Part shown: positions 1-9,495 of the stretch, piece after piece
Position numbering within the stretch: the stretch's first letter is position 1
How the letters are laid out: the number at the start of each line of letters is the position of its first letter
Origin: Myxococcota bacterium
Lineage (GTDB): Bacteria; Myxococcota_A; Polyangia; Nannocystales; Nannocystaceae
Direction of reading: 5' to 3'
Assembly: GCA_039028615.1 (NCBI GenBank)
Contig: JBCCHT010000001.1
Span: 384,001-448,000, forward strand
DNA: 64,000 nt
Position numbers and translations under genes: made by a program
The notes under the pieces: model-generated
The model's input: the letters and a program-made list of their open reading frames with translations, nothing else
What the model was told of the DNA's origin: nothing
Databases searched by the model: none

Positions 1-256
1 CTTGGAAGGGCCGCTCGCTGATGTTCCAGAACGGCAGCGGGTCCTCGCTCGTCCACGGCCGCATGAAGGCCAGGTCGGGGACCACGTACACCGCAATGAG
101 GCACGCCAGCACGGTGAGCATGGCGGGGCCGATTTGTACGAGCATGGAGGCGTGCATGCGCGAGGACTCTTCGTGCTCGCCGAGGGTCACCGTGCCCTCG
201 CCGCGCCCGTCCTCGTCCATGAGCCCGGTGGGGCCCTTTGGTGCTTCGCTCGCCAT
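1..256 (-). CDS. 5' part of a membrane-anchored protein, probably an SGNH/GDSL acyltransferase partner of the MBOAT (runs off the window)
   Basis: ATG at 256, 2 nt after the MBOAT stop. Reads MASEAPKG...LVQIGPAMLTVLACLIAVYVVPDLAFMRPW, with one hydrophobic helix. Function inferred from context only. Confidence 0.6.
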   Translation of the reverse strand, partial: MASEAPKGPTGLMDEDGRGEGTVTLGEHEESSRMHASMLVQIGPAMLTVLACLIAVYVVPDLAFMRPWTSEDPLPFWNISERPFQ

Positions 257-258
257 GG

Positions 259-1905
259 TCAGAACTGGAAGTAGATGAAGGCCCGCGGCTCGTCCTTCAT
301 GAGGACCATCAGGCCGTAGATGATGGCGCAGAACACCAGCCCCGCGATGACGCCGGGGGTGCCGCGGAAGAGCCGACACGCGTAGTCATCGACCCACTTC
401 TTGGGGGTGAAGTGATAGGCGAGGCCCAGGACCAGGGTCAGCCACACCCAGGGCCCGATGAGCCCGTCGCGGATCCCCAGGTTGTCGAACGCGAGCAAGC
501 CCGAGATGTAGTCGCGCGAGGTCTGCAGGTCGGGCGCGCGGAAGAAGATCCGCGACAGCACCAGCAGGTGGAAGGTGAGCACCACGTGCGCCAGCGTGTT
601 CAGCGGACCGCCCTGCAGGGGGATGAGGCAGATGAGCAGGGCAAAGCCCACCACGAACGCCGCCAGGATGAGCGCGTAGTCGACGGGCAGGTCCAAGAAC
701 CGGTAGCCGATGCCGGCCACCACCGCGAAGGCCACCGCGCTGCCCAGCGTCCACAGAAGCAGCCGCTTGATCCACGGCGCCTCGCTGCGACGCATGCGGT
801 TCCAGCGATTGAAGACCATCGCCCCGGCGTGGATGTTGGCGTAGAACACGAAGTTCCAGCTCGCGCCGTGCCACATGCCGACGAGGAACATCGTCAGCCA
901 CACCGCGAAGTAGCCCCCCCGCGCGCCCAGGCGGGCCAGCACGGTGAAGAACAGGTAGTCCCGCAGCCAGGTGGACAGCGTCATGTGCCACCGTCGCCAG
1001 TACTCGGCGATGTCGCGGGACTGGTAGGGCCGGTCGAAGTTCTCGGGGATGGTGAAGCCCAGCATCAAGGCCAGGCCGATGGCGATGTCCGAGTAGCCGG
1101 AGAAGTCGGCGTAGATCTGCAGGGTGTAGGCGTACAGCGCCAGCAGCAGCTCGGCCGACGAGAACGTGCCCGGGGCGTCGAAGATGCGATCGGTGAGCTG
1201 GACCGCGATCCAGTCGCCGAGCACCACCTTCTTGGCCAGGCCTTTGACGATGCGGAAGGCGCCGACCTCGAGGTTGACCCGGGAAAACCGCGGCCCCGCG
1301 TGCAGCTGCGGCAGGAACTGCCGTGCGCGGACGATGGGCCCCGCCACCAGCTGCGGGAAGAACACCACGAACACGGCAAAGCGACGGAACGAGGGCTCCG
1401 GGTCGAGCTTGCCGCGCCAGACGTCGAGCGTGTAGCTGAGGCTCTGGAAGGTATAGAAGCTGATGCCCAGGGGCAGGACCACGTCGAGGTGGAAGCCCTG
1501 GACCTGGAAGCCCATGGTGCCGACGATGTCGGAGAAGGCCTCGATGAAGAAGTTGGCGTACTTGAAGTAGCCGAGCAGGCCGAGGTTGCCGACCAGGCTG
1601 GCCAACAGCCACAGGTTCTGGCGTCGCCGGGCGGGACCGCTGACCGCGGCGTCCTTGGACTTGCGCTGCTTGGCCACCGCGTGGATCTGCCGCGCCGCGA
1701 CGAAATCGAGGACGGTCGAGAACAGCAGCAGCCCGGCGAAGTACCAGGGCGCGGGTGGGGGCTCCGTCTTGGGGCCCGCCATGTAGAAGAAGTAGCTGGC
1801 CGCGAGCAGGAACAGGACCCGCGCCACGGGACGACCCGCGAGCGCCCAGAAGCCGACGAGGATCGGCAGGGCGAACAGCAGGAAGTCGAAGGTCGGGAAC
1901 AGCAT
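259..1905 (-). CDS. MBOAT family O-acyltransferase (AlgI/PatA/DltB-like)
   Basis: Motifs LPLGISFYTFQ, FFPQLVAGPI, IYADFSGYSDIAIG, ENFDRPY, WRRWHMTLSTWLRDY and GMWHGA; ends FIYFQF. Confidence 0.95.
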   Translation of the reverse strand: MLFPTFDFLLFALPILVGFWALAGRPVARVLFLLAASYFFYMAGPKTEPPPAPWYFAGLLLFSTVLDFVAARQIHAVAKQRKSKDAAVSGPARRRQNLWLLASLVGNLGLLGYFKYANFFIEAFSDIVGTMGFQVQGFHLDVVLPLGISFYTFQSLSYTLDVWRGKLDPEPSFRRFAVFVVFFPQLVAGPIVRARQFLPQLHAGPRFSRVNLEVGAFRIVKGLAKKVVLGDWIAVQLTDRIFDAPGTFSSAELLLALYAYTLQIYADFSGYSDIAIGLALMLGFTIPENFDRPYQSRDIAEYWRRWHMTLSTWLRDYLFFTVLARLGARGGYFAVWLTMFLVGMWHGASWNFVFYANIHAGAMVFNRWNRMRRSEAPWIKRLLLWTLGSAVAFAVVAGIGYRFLDLPVDYALILAAFVVGFALLICLIPLQGGPLNTLAHVVLTFHLLVLSRIFFRAPDLQTSRDYISGLLAFDNLGIRDGLIGPWVWLTLVLGLAYHFTPKKWVDDYACRLFRGTPGVIAGLVFCAIIYGLMVLMKDEPRAFIYFQF

Positions 1906-2210
1906 GCGCGGAGATCGACCAGGTGAGGACGAGCGGAGCGCAGCTTGTCGTGGTCAGCGAGGGGGTGCGGAGGGTCGACAGAGCCGATCCCGTCGACCCA
2001 CGCCTGCGCGCCATTCCCGGGGCCGGCGGACCATAAATTACCCGAGCGAGCGGGGTCAAATCGGCCCTGGGGGGCCGCCCGAGGGAGATCTCGGGCGGAC
2101 GGCGATGCCGCGTCCACGCCGCGGAAGCCAGCGGACGGGCTCCATTGTCCGGCCGGCCGTTGCGAGCGCAGAGCCGCTCACGGCAAAGTACCGCGGCCGG
2201 ACCCTCGCCC

Positions 2211-3638
2211 ATGTTGCTCGATCATTGGCCCCGACCCCGTGGATTGGCCCGCGGGATGCTGCTCGCCGCGTTCCTCGGTGGGATTGGATGCTCACCGAAC
2301 CCGGAGACCAGCGCCGAGCCCGAGGCGGCGCCGGCCGAAGCGGCCCAGGACGCCCCGGCCGCGAAGGCGGAGCCGGTCGGCGCGGTGGAGCCGGCCGAAG
2401 CCGAGCCCGCGGCGGAGCCCGAGCCCGAGCCCGAGCCCCCTGCCCCCGCCTGGACCCCCCGGCCCGAGGATGTGGTCACGCCGCACGAGCCGCTGGTCAA
2501 TCCCGAGGCCCTGGCCACCTTCTACGATCACCTCGCGGCCATCGACGACGGAGAAGCCAAGGACGTGGTCCGCGTGGTGCACCTGGGCGCATCGATGATC
2601 GGGGCCGACGACCTGCCCGCGATCTTGCGCGCCAAGTTCCAGACGCGCTTCGGCGACGGCGGGGCCGGCTTGGTGCTGCTGCACCGCTACATGGCCAACT
2701 ACCTGCATCGGTGGGTCAAGATCTCGTCGTCGGGTTGGGACTCCTGCTACATCGCCTACAAGTGCAAGAACGACGGCCACTACGGCCTCGGCGGCACCAC
2801 GTTTTGGGCCAAGGACGGCGCCACGTCGACCATCTCCACCCGCAAGGACAAGGAGCTGGGCACCACCGCGTCGCACATCGAGTTCTGGTACCTGGCCCAC
2901 CCCAAGGGCGGTCGCTTCGACTTCCGCGTCGACGGAGGGTCGGTCGAGCAGATCGACACCCGCTCCGACGTGCTCGAAGATCGCTATCACACCGTCGACG
3001 TCGAGCCGGGGCCGCACAAGGTCCGGGTGCGCGCGCTCAAGGGCTACGGCATCGCACGAGGCTACGGCGTGGTGCTCGAGACGGCGGGCCCCGGCCTCGT
3101 GTGGGACCAGTTCAGCATGCTGGGCGCGTTCACGCGGCGCATGCTGCTGTGGGACGAAGGGCACATCGCCGGGCACGTCAAACAGCGGGACCCCGACCTC
3201 TTGGTGTTCACCTACGGGGGCAACGACACGCGGCGGGTCTTCACGGGCAAGCTCACCGAAGAGGGCTACATCGAGGAGTACGTCTCGGCCATCCAGCGCG
3301 TGCGCGCGGGCAAGCCCGAGGCCTCCTGCCTGGTCACCGCGATGACCGACCGCGCCAAGTCGCTGGAGTACAAGCTCCGTAAAAACGAGGTCGAGACCAT
3401 CGCCCATGCCCAGCGCAAAGTGGCCGAGAAGGCCGGCTGTGCGTTCTTCGACTCGTTCGGGGCGATGGGCGGCGCGGGCTCGCTGAAGAAGTGGCGCGCC
3501 AAGGACCCGCCCTTGGCCTCGGCCGACCTCAAGCACCTCAACCACCGCGGGCGGCTGCTGCTCGGCGGCTGGATCTACGACGCGATCATCAACGGCTACG
3601 TGGAGTACCGCAAAGCCAAGGGAGCCCCGGGCCAATGA
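2211..3638 (+). CDS. SGNH/GDSL hydrolase-family lipoprotein (PatB/Ape-like)
   Basis: Lipobox-like GGIGC and a Pro/Glu linker. SGNH blocks HLGASM, MLGA, YGGND and DLKH. Start uncertain (2211 or 2256). Confidence 0.8.
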   Translation: MLLDHWPRPRGLARGMLLAAFLGGIGCSPNPETSAEPEAAPAEAAQDAPAAKAEPVGAVEPAEAEPAAEPEPEPEPPAPAWTPRPEDVVTPHEPLVNPEALATFYDHLAAIDDGEAKDVVRVVHLGASMIGADDLPAILRAKFQTRFGDGGAGLVLLHRYMANYLHRWVKISSSGWDSCYIAYKCKNDGHYGLGGTTFWAKDGATSTISTRKDKELGTTASHIEFWYLAHPKGGRFDFRVDGGSVEQIDTRSDVLEDRYHTVDVEPGPHKVRVRALKGYGIARGYGVVLETAGPGLVWDQFSMLGAFTRRMLLWDEGHIAGHVKQRDPDLLVFTYGGNDTRRVFTGKLTEEGYIEEYVSAIQRVRAGKPEASCLVTAMTDRAKSLEYKLRKNEVETIAHAQRKVAEKAGCAFFDSFGAMGGAGSLKKWRAKDPPLASADLKHLNHRGRLLLGGWIYDAIINGYVEYRKAKGAPGQ

Positions 3639-5788
3639 CCGACGAGCAAACGACCCAGCGACTCGGTCGCGTGACCCTGCACCCCGAAGGACCCGTGGTC
3701 GCGGGCGAAATCGGCGAGTGGACCCTGACCTATACGGTGGGCAGCTACGGCATCGACGAGGGCGGCACGCTGAAGATCGCCCGCCGCTTCGCCGGGGACT
3801 GGGAGCGTCCGCAGTTCGACCAGCCGCAGGCCCCCGCCTACTGCACGGTGAAGACCAACGGCGAGGCCAAGCTCGCCGCGCGCTACGACCCCAAGGCGCA
3901 CGTGCGACCGTGGATGAAGTGCATCGTCATCGACGTGTACGACGGGTGCCTCGCGCCCGGCGACGTGGTCACGATTACCCTGGGCGACCGCAGCCAGGGC
4001 TCCCCCGGCATCCGGGCGCAGACCTTCATCGAGTCGGCCCACGAGGTGCGCATGCTGGTCGATCCGACCAACGCCTGCCTCGTCCGCCGCCTGCCCACCT
4101 CTCCCGTCACCCAGATCGTGGCCGGGCCGGCCGTCGCCGTCGTGCCCATCGTGCCCACGCGCGCGGTGCAGGGCGACTCGATCGACGTATTCGTCAAGGG
4201 CGAGGACCGCTGGGGCAACCCCACCCCGCCGCCCGCAGACGTTCAGCTGCGCTGGGAGGGCGAGGGCACGGCGCAGGTCGACGGCACCACGCTGCGCGTC
4301 ACCGCCCCCGGCACGGGCCGCGTCGTCGCCACCTGGAACGGCCAGGCCTTCGAGAGCAACCCGCTGACCATCACCGCCGAGGCCGCCCAGCTCGGGCGCT
4401 ACTGGGCCGACCTGCACGCGCAGTCCGATGCGACCGTGGGCACGGGGACCGAGGTGGAGTACTTCGACTTCGGTCGTCGCCATGCCCATCTCGACGTGAT
4501 GTCGCACCAGGGCAACGACTTCCAGATGACCGACGAGGACTGGTCGCGCCTCAACGACGTGGTCCGCAAGTCGCACGAGGACGGGCGCTTCGTCGTGTTC
4601 CCCGGCTTCGAGTGGTCGGCCAACACCACCGCGGGAGGCGATCGCAACGTGGTGTATCTCGAGGAAGACCTGCCGATCATGCGATCGAGCCATTGGCAGA
4701 TTCCCGAGACCCCCGAGGACGAGCGCAGCCCGGCGCACCCCGCCAGCGACCTCTACGACAAGCTACGCGCCCACGTGGACCCGGCCAAGGTGCTCGTCGC
4801 CGCCCACTGCGGGGGTCGCTATGCCGACATCCGCAAGTACTTCGACCAGCAGCTCACCCCGCTGGTCGAGGTCTCGAGCTGCTGGGGCGTGTTCGAGTGG
4901 CTCCTGTGGGATGCCTACGAAAAGGGCTACCGCGTCGGCGTGATGTGCAACAGCGACGGCCACAAGGGTCGTCCGGGCGCCGAGGGGCCGGGCGCGGGTC
5001 AGTTCGGCATCTACGGCGGCCTCACCTGCATCCTCGCCGAGTCGCTCACCCGGGCCTCGGTGTTCCGCGCGCTCAAGGCCCGCCGCTGCTACGGGACCAC
5101 CGGACCGCGCATCGACCTCGACGTGCGCGTCGGCGACCACCCGATGGGCAGCGAGATTCGGGCCGAGGGCTCCGTGGTGGTGGACGCGAGCGTCCGCGGC
5201 ACCGGGCCCGTCGAAGCGCTGCATGTGTACCGAGGGCGCGACATCGTGCACACCGTGCGACCGCCCGCGTTCGACGACTGCGCCTCGTCGCCGAAGATCC
5301 GCTTGGTCTGGGGTGGAGCGCGGATCCGCGGCCGGGGACGGCGGGCGACCTGGGACGGCCGCATCGAGGTGCAGGGCGCGACGATCGAGCGGGCGGAGAC
5401 CTTCGCCTTCGACTCGCCCGCCGATGGCATCCGGCAGCGCGCCGCCGACTCGATCGAGTTCCGCTCGCGCACCACGGGGGACATCGATGGCATCGACGTG
5501 TGGCTCGACCAGGCGCAGACCGGACGCTTGGTGTTGCGCACGCAGACGGGCGACGTCGAGGTCGACCTCTCCACGCTCGACGCGACCGGGGTCACGCGCC
5601 AATTCGGCGGGCTCGACCTTCACGCCACCGTGGCGCGGTACCCCGCGCAGGTCGACGATCGAACGCTGCGCCTGCGCTACGCGCTGCCCGTGCAGCCCGG
5701 CGAGACCGCGGCGGTGATGGTCAAAGCGGTGCAATGCGACGGACACATGGCGTGGAGCAGCCCCGTGTACGTCGACGGCCCTGCGTAG
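3635..5788 (+). CDS. DUF3604 / PHP-fold metallohydrolase
   Basis: ATGA overlap with the upstream stop. Motifs YWADLHAQS, GFEWS, GGDRNV, NSDGHKGRPG, RRCYGTTG and AWSSPVYV. Confidence 0.8.
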   Translation: MTDEQTTQRLGRVTLHPEGPVVAGEIGEWTLTYTVGSYGIDEGGTLKIARRFAGDWERPQFDQPQAPAYCTVKTNGEAKLAARYDPKAHVRPWMKCIVIDVYDGCLAPGDVVTITLGDRSQGSPGIRAQTFIESAHEVRMLVDPTNACLVRRLPTSPVTQIVAGPAVAVVPIVPTRAVQGDSIDVFVKGEDRWGNPTPPPADVQLRWEGEGTAQVDGTTLRVTAPGTGRVVATWNGQAFESNPLTITAEAAQLGRYWADLHAQSDATVGTGTEVEYFDFGRRHAHLDVMSHQGNDFQMTDEDWSRLNDVVRKSHEDGRFVVFPGFEWSANTTAGGDRNVVYLEEDLPIMRSSHWQIPETPEDERSPAHPASDLYDKLRAHVDPAKVLVAAHCGGRYADIRKYFDQQLTPLVEVSSCWGVFEWLLWDAYEKGYRVGVMCNSDGHKGRPGAEGPGAGQFGIYGGLTCILAESLTRASVFRALKARRCYGTTGPRIDLDVRVGDHPMGSEIRAEGSVVVDASVRGTGPVEALHVYRGRDIVHTVRPPAFDDCASSPKIRLVWGGARIRGRGRRATWDGRIEVQGATIERAETFAFDSPADGIRQRAADSIEFRSRTTGDIDGIDVWLDQAQTGRLVLRTQTGDVEVDLSTLDATGVTRQFGGLDLHATVARYPAQVDDRTLRLRYALPVQPGETAAVMVKAVQCDGHMAWSSPVYVDGPA

Positions 5789-5906
5789 TCGGACGCGAGG
5801 TCGCGGCGCGCAGCGCTTGCACTACGTGCGCAGCATCGAGCCGGGCGAGACTGCACCGTCGCGGTGGAAGTGGCACGCGGCGGGTGCTGGGGTTAGTCTC
5901 CGCGCC

Positions 5907-6578
5907 ATGGCTTCCTTGAACGACCTCTACTCCCTGGGCACGGTCATCGCGGGCACGCTCTTGCTCGGCGCATGTTTCTCGGTGTCGCCCAGCGACGGTG
6001 AGGGCAGCTCGTCCTCCTCCGACTCGTCGGAGGGCTCGGCGGCGGTCTGCATTCCCGGCGAGACGCAGAACTGCCTGTGCCTCGGTGGCCAAGACGGCGT
6101 CCAGGCCTGCAACGCCAACGGTAGCGGCTTCGAAGCCTGCGAGTGCCCGGACGCGGGCACCACCACCGGTGTCGAGCCCACCACCAGCGATACGGGCGAC
6201 AGCTCCGACGGCGGCGACACGACGGGAAGCGTCGACGGCACGAGCACGGGCGCAGGCTCATCGACGGGCATGGGCCCCGATCACGAGGGACCCTACGGGC
6301 CCTGCCTCGAAGACAACACCTGCGTCTTCATGGGCGAAGGCTGCGCGACCACACCCGAGGGGAACATCTGCGTCTTCGTCGGCTGCCGGACGGACGCCGA
6401 CTGCCCGCCGGCCGAGCAAGGCATGACCGCCCCGCCGGTCTGCGTGGAGATCGACGGCATGGGCACCTTCGGCTGCGTGCTCCCGTGCGCCACCGCCGAA
6501 GACTGCCTGCCGGGTGCCGAGTGTTTTGGCGGAGGTCCAATGTCGCAGGGCATCTGCACGTGGCCCCACAACCGCTGA
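5907..6578 (+). CDS. Cys-rich lipoprotein (paralog 1)
   Basis: LLLGAC lipobox, CIPGETQNCLCLGGQDGVQAC module, Ser/Thr/Gly linker and a Cys-rich C-terminus. Confidence 0.8.
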   Translation: MASLNDLYSLGTVIAGTLLLGACFSVSPSDGEGSSSSSDSSEGSAAVCIPGETQNCLCLGGQDGVQACNANGSGFEACECPDAGTTTGVEPTTSDTGDSSDGGDTTGSVDGTSTGAGSSTGMGPDHEGPYGPCLEDNTCVFMGEGCATTPEGNICVFVGCRTDADCPPAEQGMTAPPVCVEIDGMGTFGCVLPCATAEDCLPGAECFGGGPMSQGICTWPHNR

Positions 6579-6736
6579 TCGAGACCACACAACTGCCAAC
6601 CGCAAACCACTGCGTGTGGAACGAGTAGTCCGGTCTACATCGGCATCGACGATCATGATCGCGATGCCGACCGGATCCGATCGGATCCGATCGTTCCCAT
6701 TGGCGCGGCCCGAACGACCCGGTTAGCCTGTTCTGC

Positions 6737-7441
6737 ATGATCTCGCTTAGCCGCCCCTACGCCATGGGAACAGCATTCGCCGGCCTGTTCCTGCTCGGTG
6801 CCTGCTTCTCGCCCGAGCCCATCGACAGCGACGACGGGTCGTCGTCCACGGCGTCGGCGGAGTCCTCCGGCAACCCGGCGCCGCCCGTGTGCATCCCCGG
6901 CGAGACCCAGACTTGCTTGTGCCTCGGCGGCCAAGATGGCGTGCAGGCCTGCAATGCCGGCGGCAACGGTTTCGATGCGTGCGAGTGCCCTGACGGCGGC
7001 AGCACCAGCGGCATCGACCCCGCGACCTCCAGCTCGGGCGGTGACGAAACGACGGGCGCGCTCGAAGGCACGGGCGACAGCAGCAGCGGCGGCGAGAGCT
7101 CGGGAGACACCGGACCCGTCGACGTTCCTCCGCACGAGGGGCCCTACGGCCACTGCTTCGACAGCCCCTGCGACCTCCCCGAAGAAGTCTGCGCGACCAC
7201 GCAGACGATGGACAACAACATCTGCATCCCCCTGGGATGCAAGAGCCCCGCAGACTGCCCACCCATCGAGCAGAACATCGGGGCTCAGATCCAGTGTGTG
7301 GATGTCACGGGCGACGGCACGGGTGACTGCACGCTCACCTGCACGGCCGAAGACGATTGCTTCGACGGTGCGATGTGCTTCGGCCTCAACGAGAAGACGG
7401 GCAAGGGCGGCATCTGTGTCTGGCCCAACCCTCCGGCCTGA
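6737..7441 (+). CDS. Cys-rich lipoprotein (paralog 2)
   Basis: Same architecture as 5907..6578: LLGACFS, CIPGETQTCLCLGGQDGVQACNA, HEGPYG, GICVWP. Confidence 0.8.
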   Translation: MISLSRPYAMGTAFAGLFLLGACFSPEPIDSDDGSSSTASAESSGNPAPPVCIPGETQTCLCLGGQDGVQACNAGGNGFDACECPDGGSTSGIDPATSSSGGDETTGALEGTGDSSSGGESSGDTGPVDVPPHEGPYGHCFDSPCDLPEEVCATTQTMDNNICIPLGCKSPADCPPIEQNIGAQIQCVDVTGDGTGDCTLTCTAEDDCFDGAMCFGLNEKTGKGGICVWPNPPA

Positions 7442-7489
7442 CCAGACGGCCCCTTCGAGCTCAGGCCGCGGCCGGGGTCGAGCGGCTGC

Positions 7490-8428
7490 TCAGTGCCCCG
7501 GGCCGGCGTAGCGCCCGACTTCGACCAGCGCCTGCTGCATCACCAGCACGTCCTGAAAACGATGCGCGGGGTCCTTGGCGCAGGCCTTGCTGAAGAACAT
7601 GTCGATCGCCATCGCCTTACGCGGCTCGGTGTTGACCGAAAGATGTCGGCTGGGCGCGTCGGGCTTGCGCTCGCGCTGGCAACGAAGCAGCTCGCGCGGG
7701 TGCTGACCAAACACGTCCTCGAAGGGGTGATGCCCGGTGACCGCCTCGTAAAAGCTCATGCCCAGGGCATAGATGTCGGAGCGAGCATCGACCACGCCTC
7801 GCGGGCGGCTCTGCTCGGGCGGCAAGTACCGTGGATCGCCCAAGATGAGCTTGGGATCCTCGGGGCTCTTGTCGTTGGCATCGAAGGCCACTCCGAAGTC
7901 GAGCAACTTGACGATCCGCAGATCGGGGTCGTGGCCATCCCGGGTGACGAACACGTTCGCCGGCTTGACGTCGCGATGCACGATGCCGCGAAGGTGGATG
8001 TAGCGCAGGGCATCGAGCACCTGCCGAAACACCTCGCACACCACGTGCAGGGGGACGGTGCGGCCCTTTTGCATGGCGCCCGCGATGTCTCGCCCCTCGA
8101 GGAAGTCCATCGCGAACCAGAACAAGCCGTGCTGCTTGGTCGTGCCCACGTCGAGCACCCGCACCAGGTTGGGGTGCGCGAACGAGCCGCAGAGTCGAGC
8201 CTCGCGACGGAAGCGGCGCTGCTCGCCTTCGGGCACATCGGCCTTCATCACCTTGAGGGCGACGTAGCGGTTCATGAGCGGATCGAAGGCCTTGTAGACC
8301 TTGCCCATCCCGCCCTCGCCCAGGTGCTGCAGCACCTGATACTGCTTGCTGAAGTTGAGCGCGGTCCCGGTGGGGATTTCGATGAGCTCGCGCTCATCGG
8401 TGACCAATCGGGGCGTGTCGTCGCTCAT
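7490..8428 (-). CDS. Hanks-type Ser/Thr protein kinase (stand-alone domain)
   Basis: Motifs LGEGGMGKVY, VALK, HRDVKPAN, DFG and SDIYALG. Confidence 0.9.
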   Translation of the reverse strand: MSDDTPRLVTDERELIEIPTGTALNFSKQYQVLQHLGEGGMGKVYKAFDPLMNRYVALKVMKADVPEGEQRRFRREARLCGSFAHPNLVRVLDVGTTKQHGLFWFAMDFLEGRDIAGAMQKGRTVPLHVVCEVFRQVLDALRYIHLRGIVHRDVKPANVFVTRDGHDPDLRIVKLLDFGVAFDANDKSPEDPKLILGDPRYLPPEQSRPRGVVDARSDIYALGMSFYEAVTGHHPFEDVFGQHPRELLRCQRERKPDAPSRHLSVNTEPRKAMAIDMFFSKACAKDPAHRFQDVLVMQQALVEVGRYAGPGH

Positions 8429-8706
8429 GCCGAAGCCGGACCCGACGGTACCCCAGCCCGCGACGCGGGACAAAGTCGCGCCCCCTCGCCACCGCAGGCG
8501 GATGGGGCGCGGCCCGACCCGGTTCACGCCCCGTGGGCAAGACCGAGCATGCGTTCGATCTCGTCCCCGGGACGGCGTTCACGGTCCGATCTGAGCCGAA
8601 CACGTAAGGCGCTGGTCTCAGTTTACAGGGTGCCCGGGCGACGTCCCGCCCGGGCCTCGCACGAGGGGTCGTAGCGACCCGTCCCCTGTGCGCCGATCAT
8701 CCCGCG

Positions 8707-9135
8707 CTAGCTCGGGCAAGAGCAGTCGTTGCACGACACGAGGCAGTTGGTCCGCCAGGTGTGATTGCAGCGATTGCGCTGCGTGTAGTCGTCGTACCAG
8801 CACGCTTGGTCCTCGCACCACGCGTCACACTCGGCGCCGCTCGAAAACCCAGTGCAGAAGGTCGTGCCCGTACACGTGTCGGGTGGCGGAGGAGGTGGCG
8901 GGGGCGGAGGCGGAGGTGGAGGCGGCGGCCCCGAGTGCCCTCCTCCCCCGCTGCAATCATCGCCTTCGTATTCCTCGTATCGAAATTCCGCGTCCTCGTC
9001 CTCGTCCGAGCCGTCGGAATCGACGGTGAAGGACTCGTCGTCGACGTCCTCCACCGTTACGCATGCGCCCATCGAAAGGCTCATGCTCAAGCCCAGCGCG
9101 AGCCCCATGCTCGCGCGAATTCTCGCCATCTTCAT
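8707..9135 (-). CDS. Small lipoprotein with a 16-Pro linker and a 10-Cys C-terminal domain
   Basis: GAGGAG RBS upstream, SMGAC lipobox, acidic region, poly-Pro at 8881-8928 and a Cys-rich tail. Confidence 0.7.
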   Translation of the reverse strand: MKMARIRASMGLALGLSMSLSMGACVTVEDVDDESFTVDSDGSDEDEDAEFRYEEYEGDDCSGGGGHSGPPPPPPPPPPPPPPPPDTCTGTTFCTGFSSGAECDAWCEDQACWYDDYTQRNRCNHTWRTNCLVSCNDCSCPS

Positions 9136-9495
9136 CGGTTCATTGCTCCTCTTGCTGCGTTGCTCATCCATGAAGGGCGCGCGCAATGACATCGAAGACC
9201 GACTCACCACATCCATCGAATGCGGTCTTCAGCCGTCATCGACACAACGACCGAAGACTATGAAACACCCACAATTTCATCTGTCGACGTCATAATCGAC
9301 ACCTACGGTAATTCTACCGATGGAACCGCCCGTCCCCCGGACGACGGAGTCATCCCAAACGGCCCCTGCTCGGGCGCTCGGCGGCCCGTTGCCCCGATGC
9401 GAGTGGGACCCGCACCTACGGGCAAATGACGGAAGGCAGGGCCAAAACCGCGCCGCAGAAATCCCCCCGGTACGCCGCCGCGCCGGGCGTCGCGC

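Noticed and set aside
238..1926. Long antisense or alternate-frame ORFs, e.g. 238..1926, 11760..14666, 25755..28148, 41408..44077 and 61583..63955
   Set aside because: Shadow ORFs of real genes, expected at ~70% GC; they have no motifs and are Arg/Gly/Pro-biased.
5907..7441. PYG motifs in the Cys-rich lipoproteins as splicease substrates
   Set aside because: They lie at the start of a folded Cys domain, 26 kb from the enzyme, and lack the Zn-ribbon leader.
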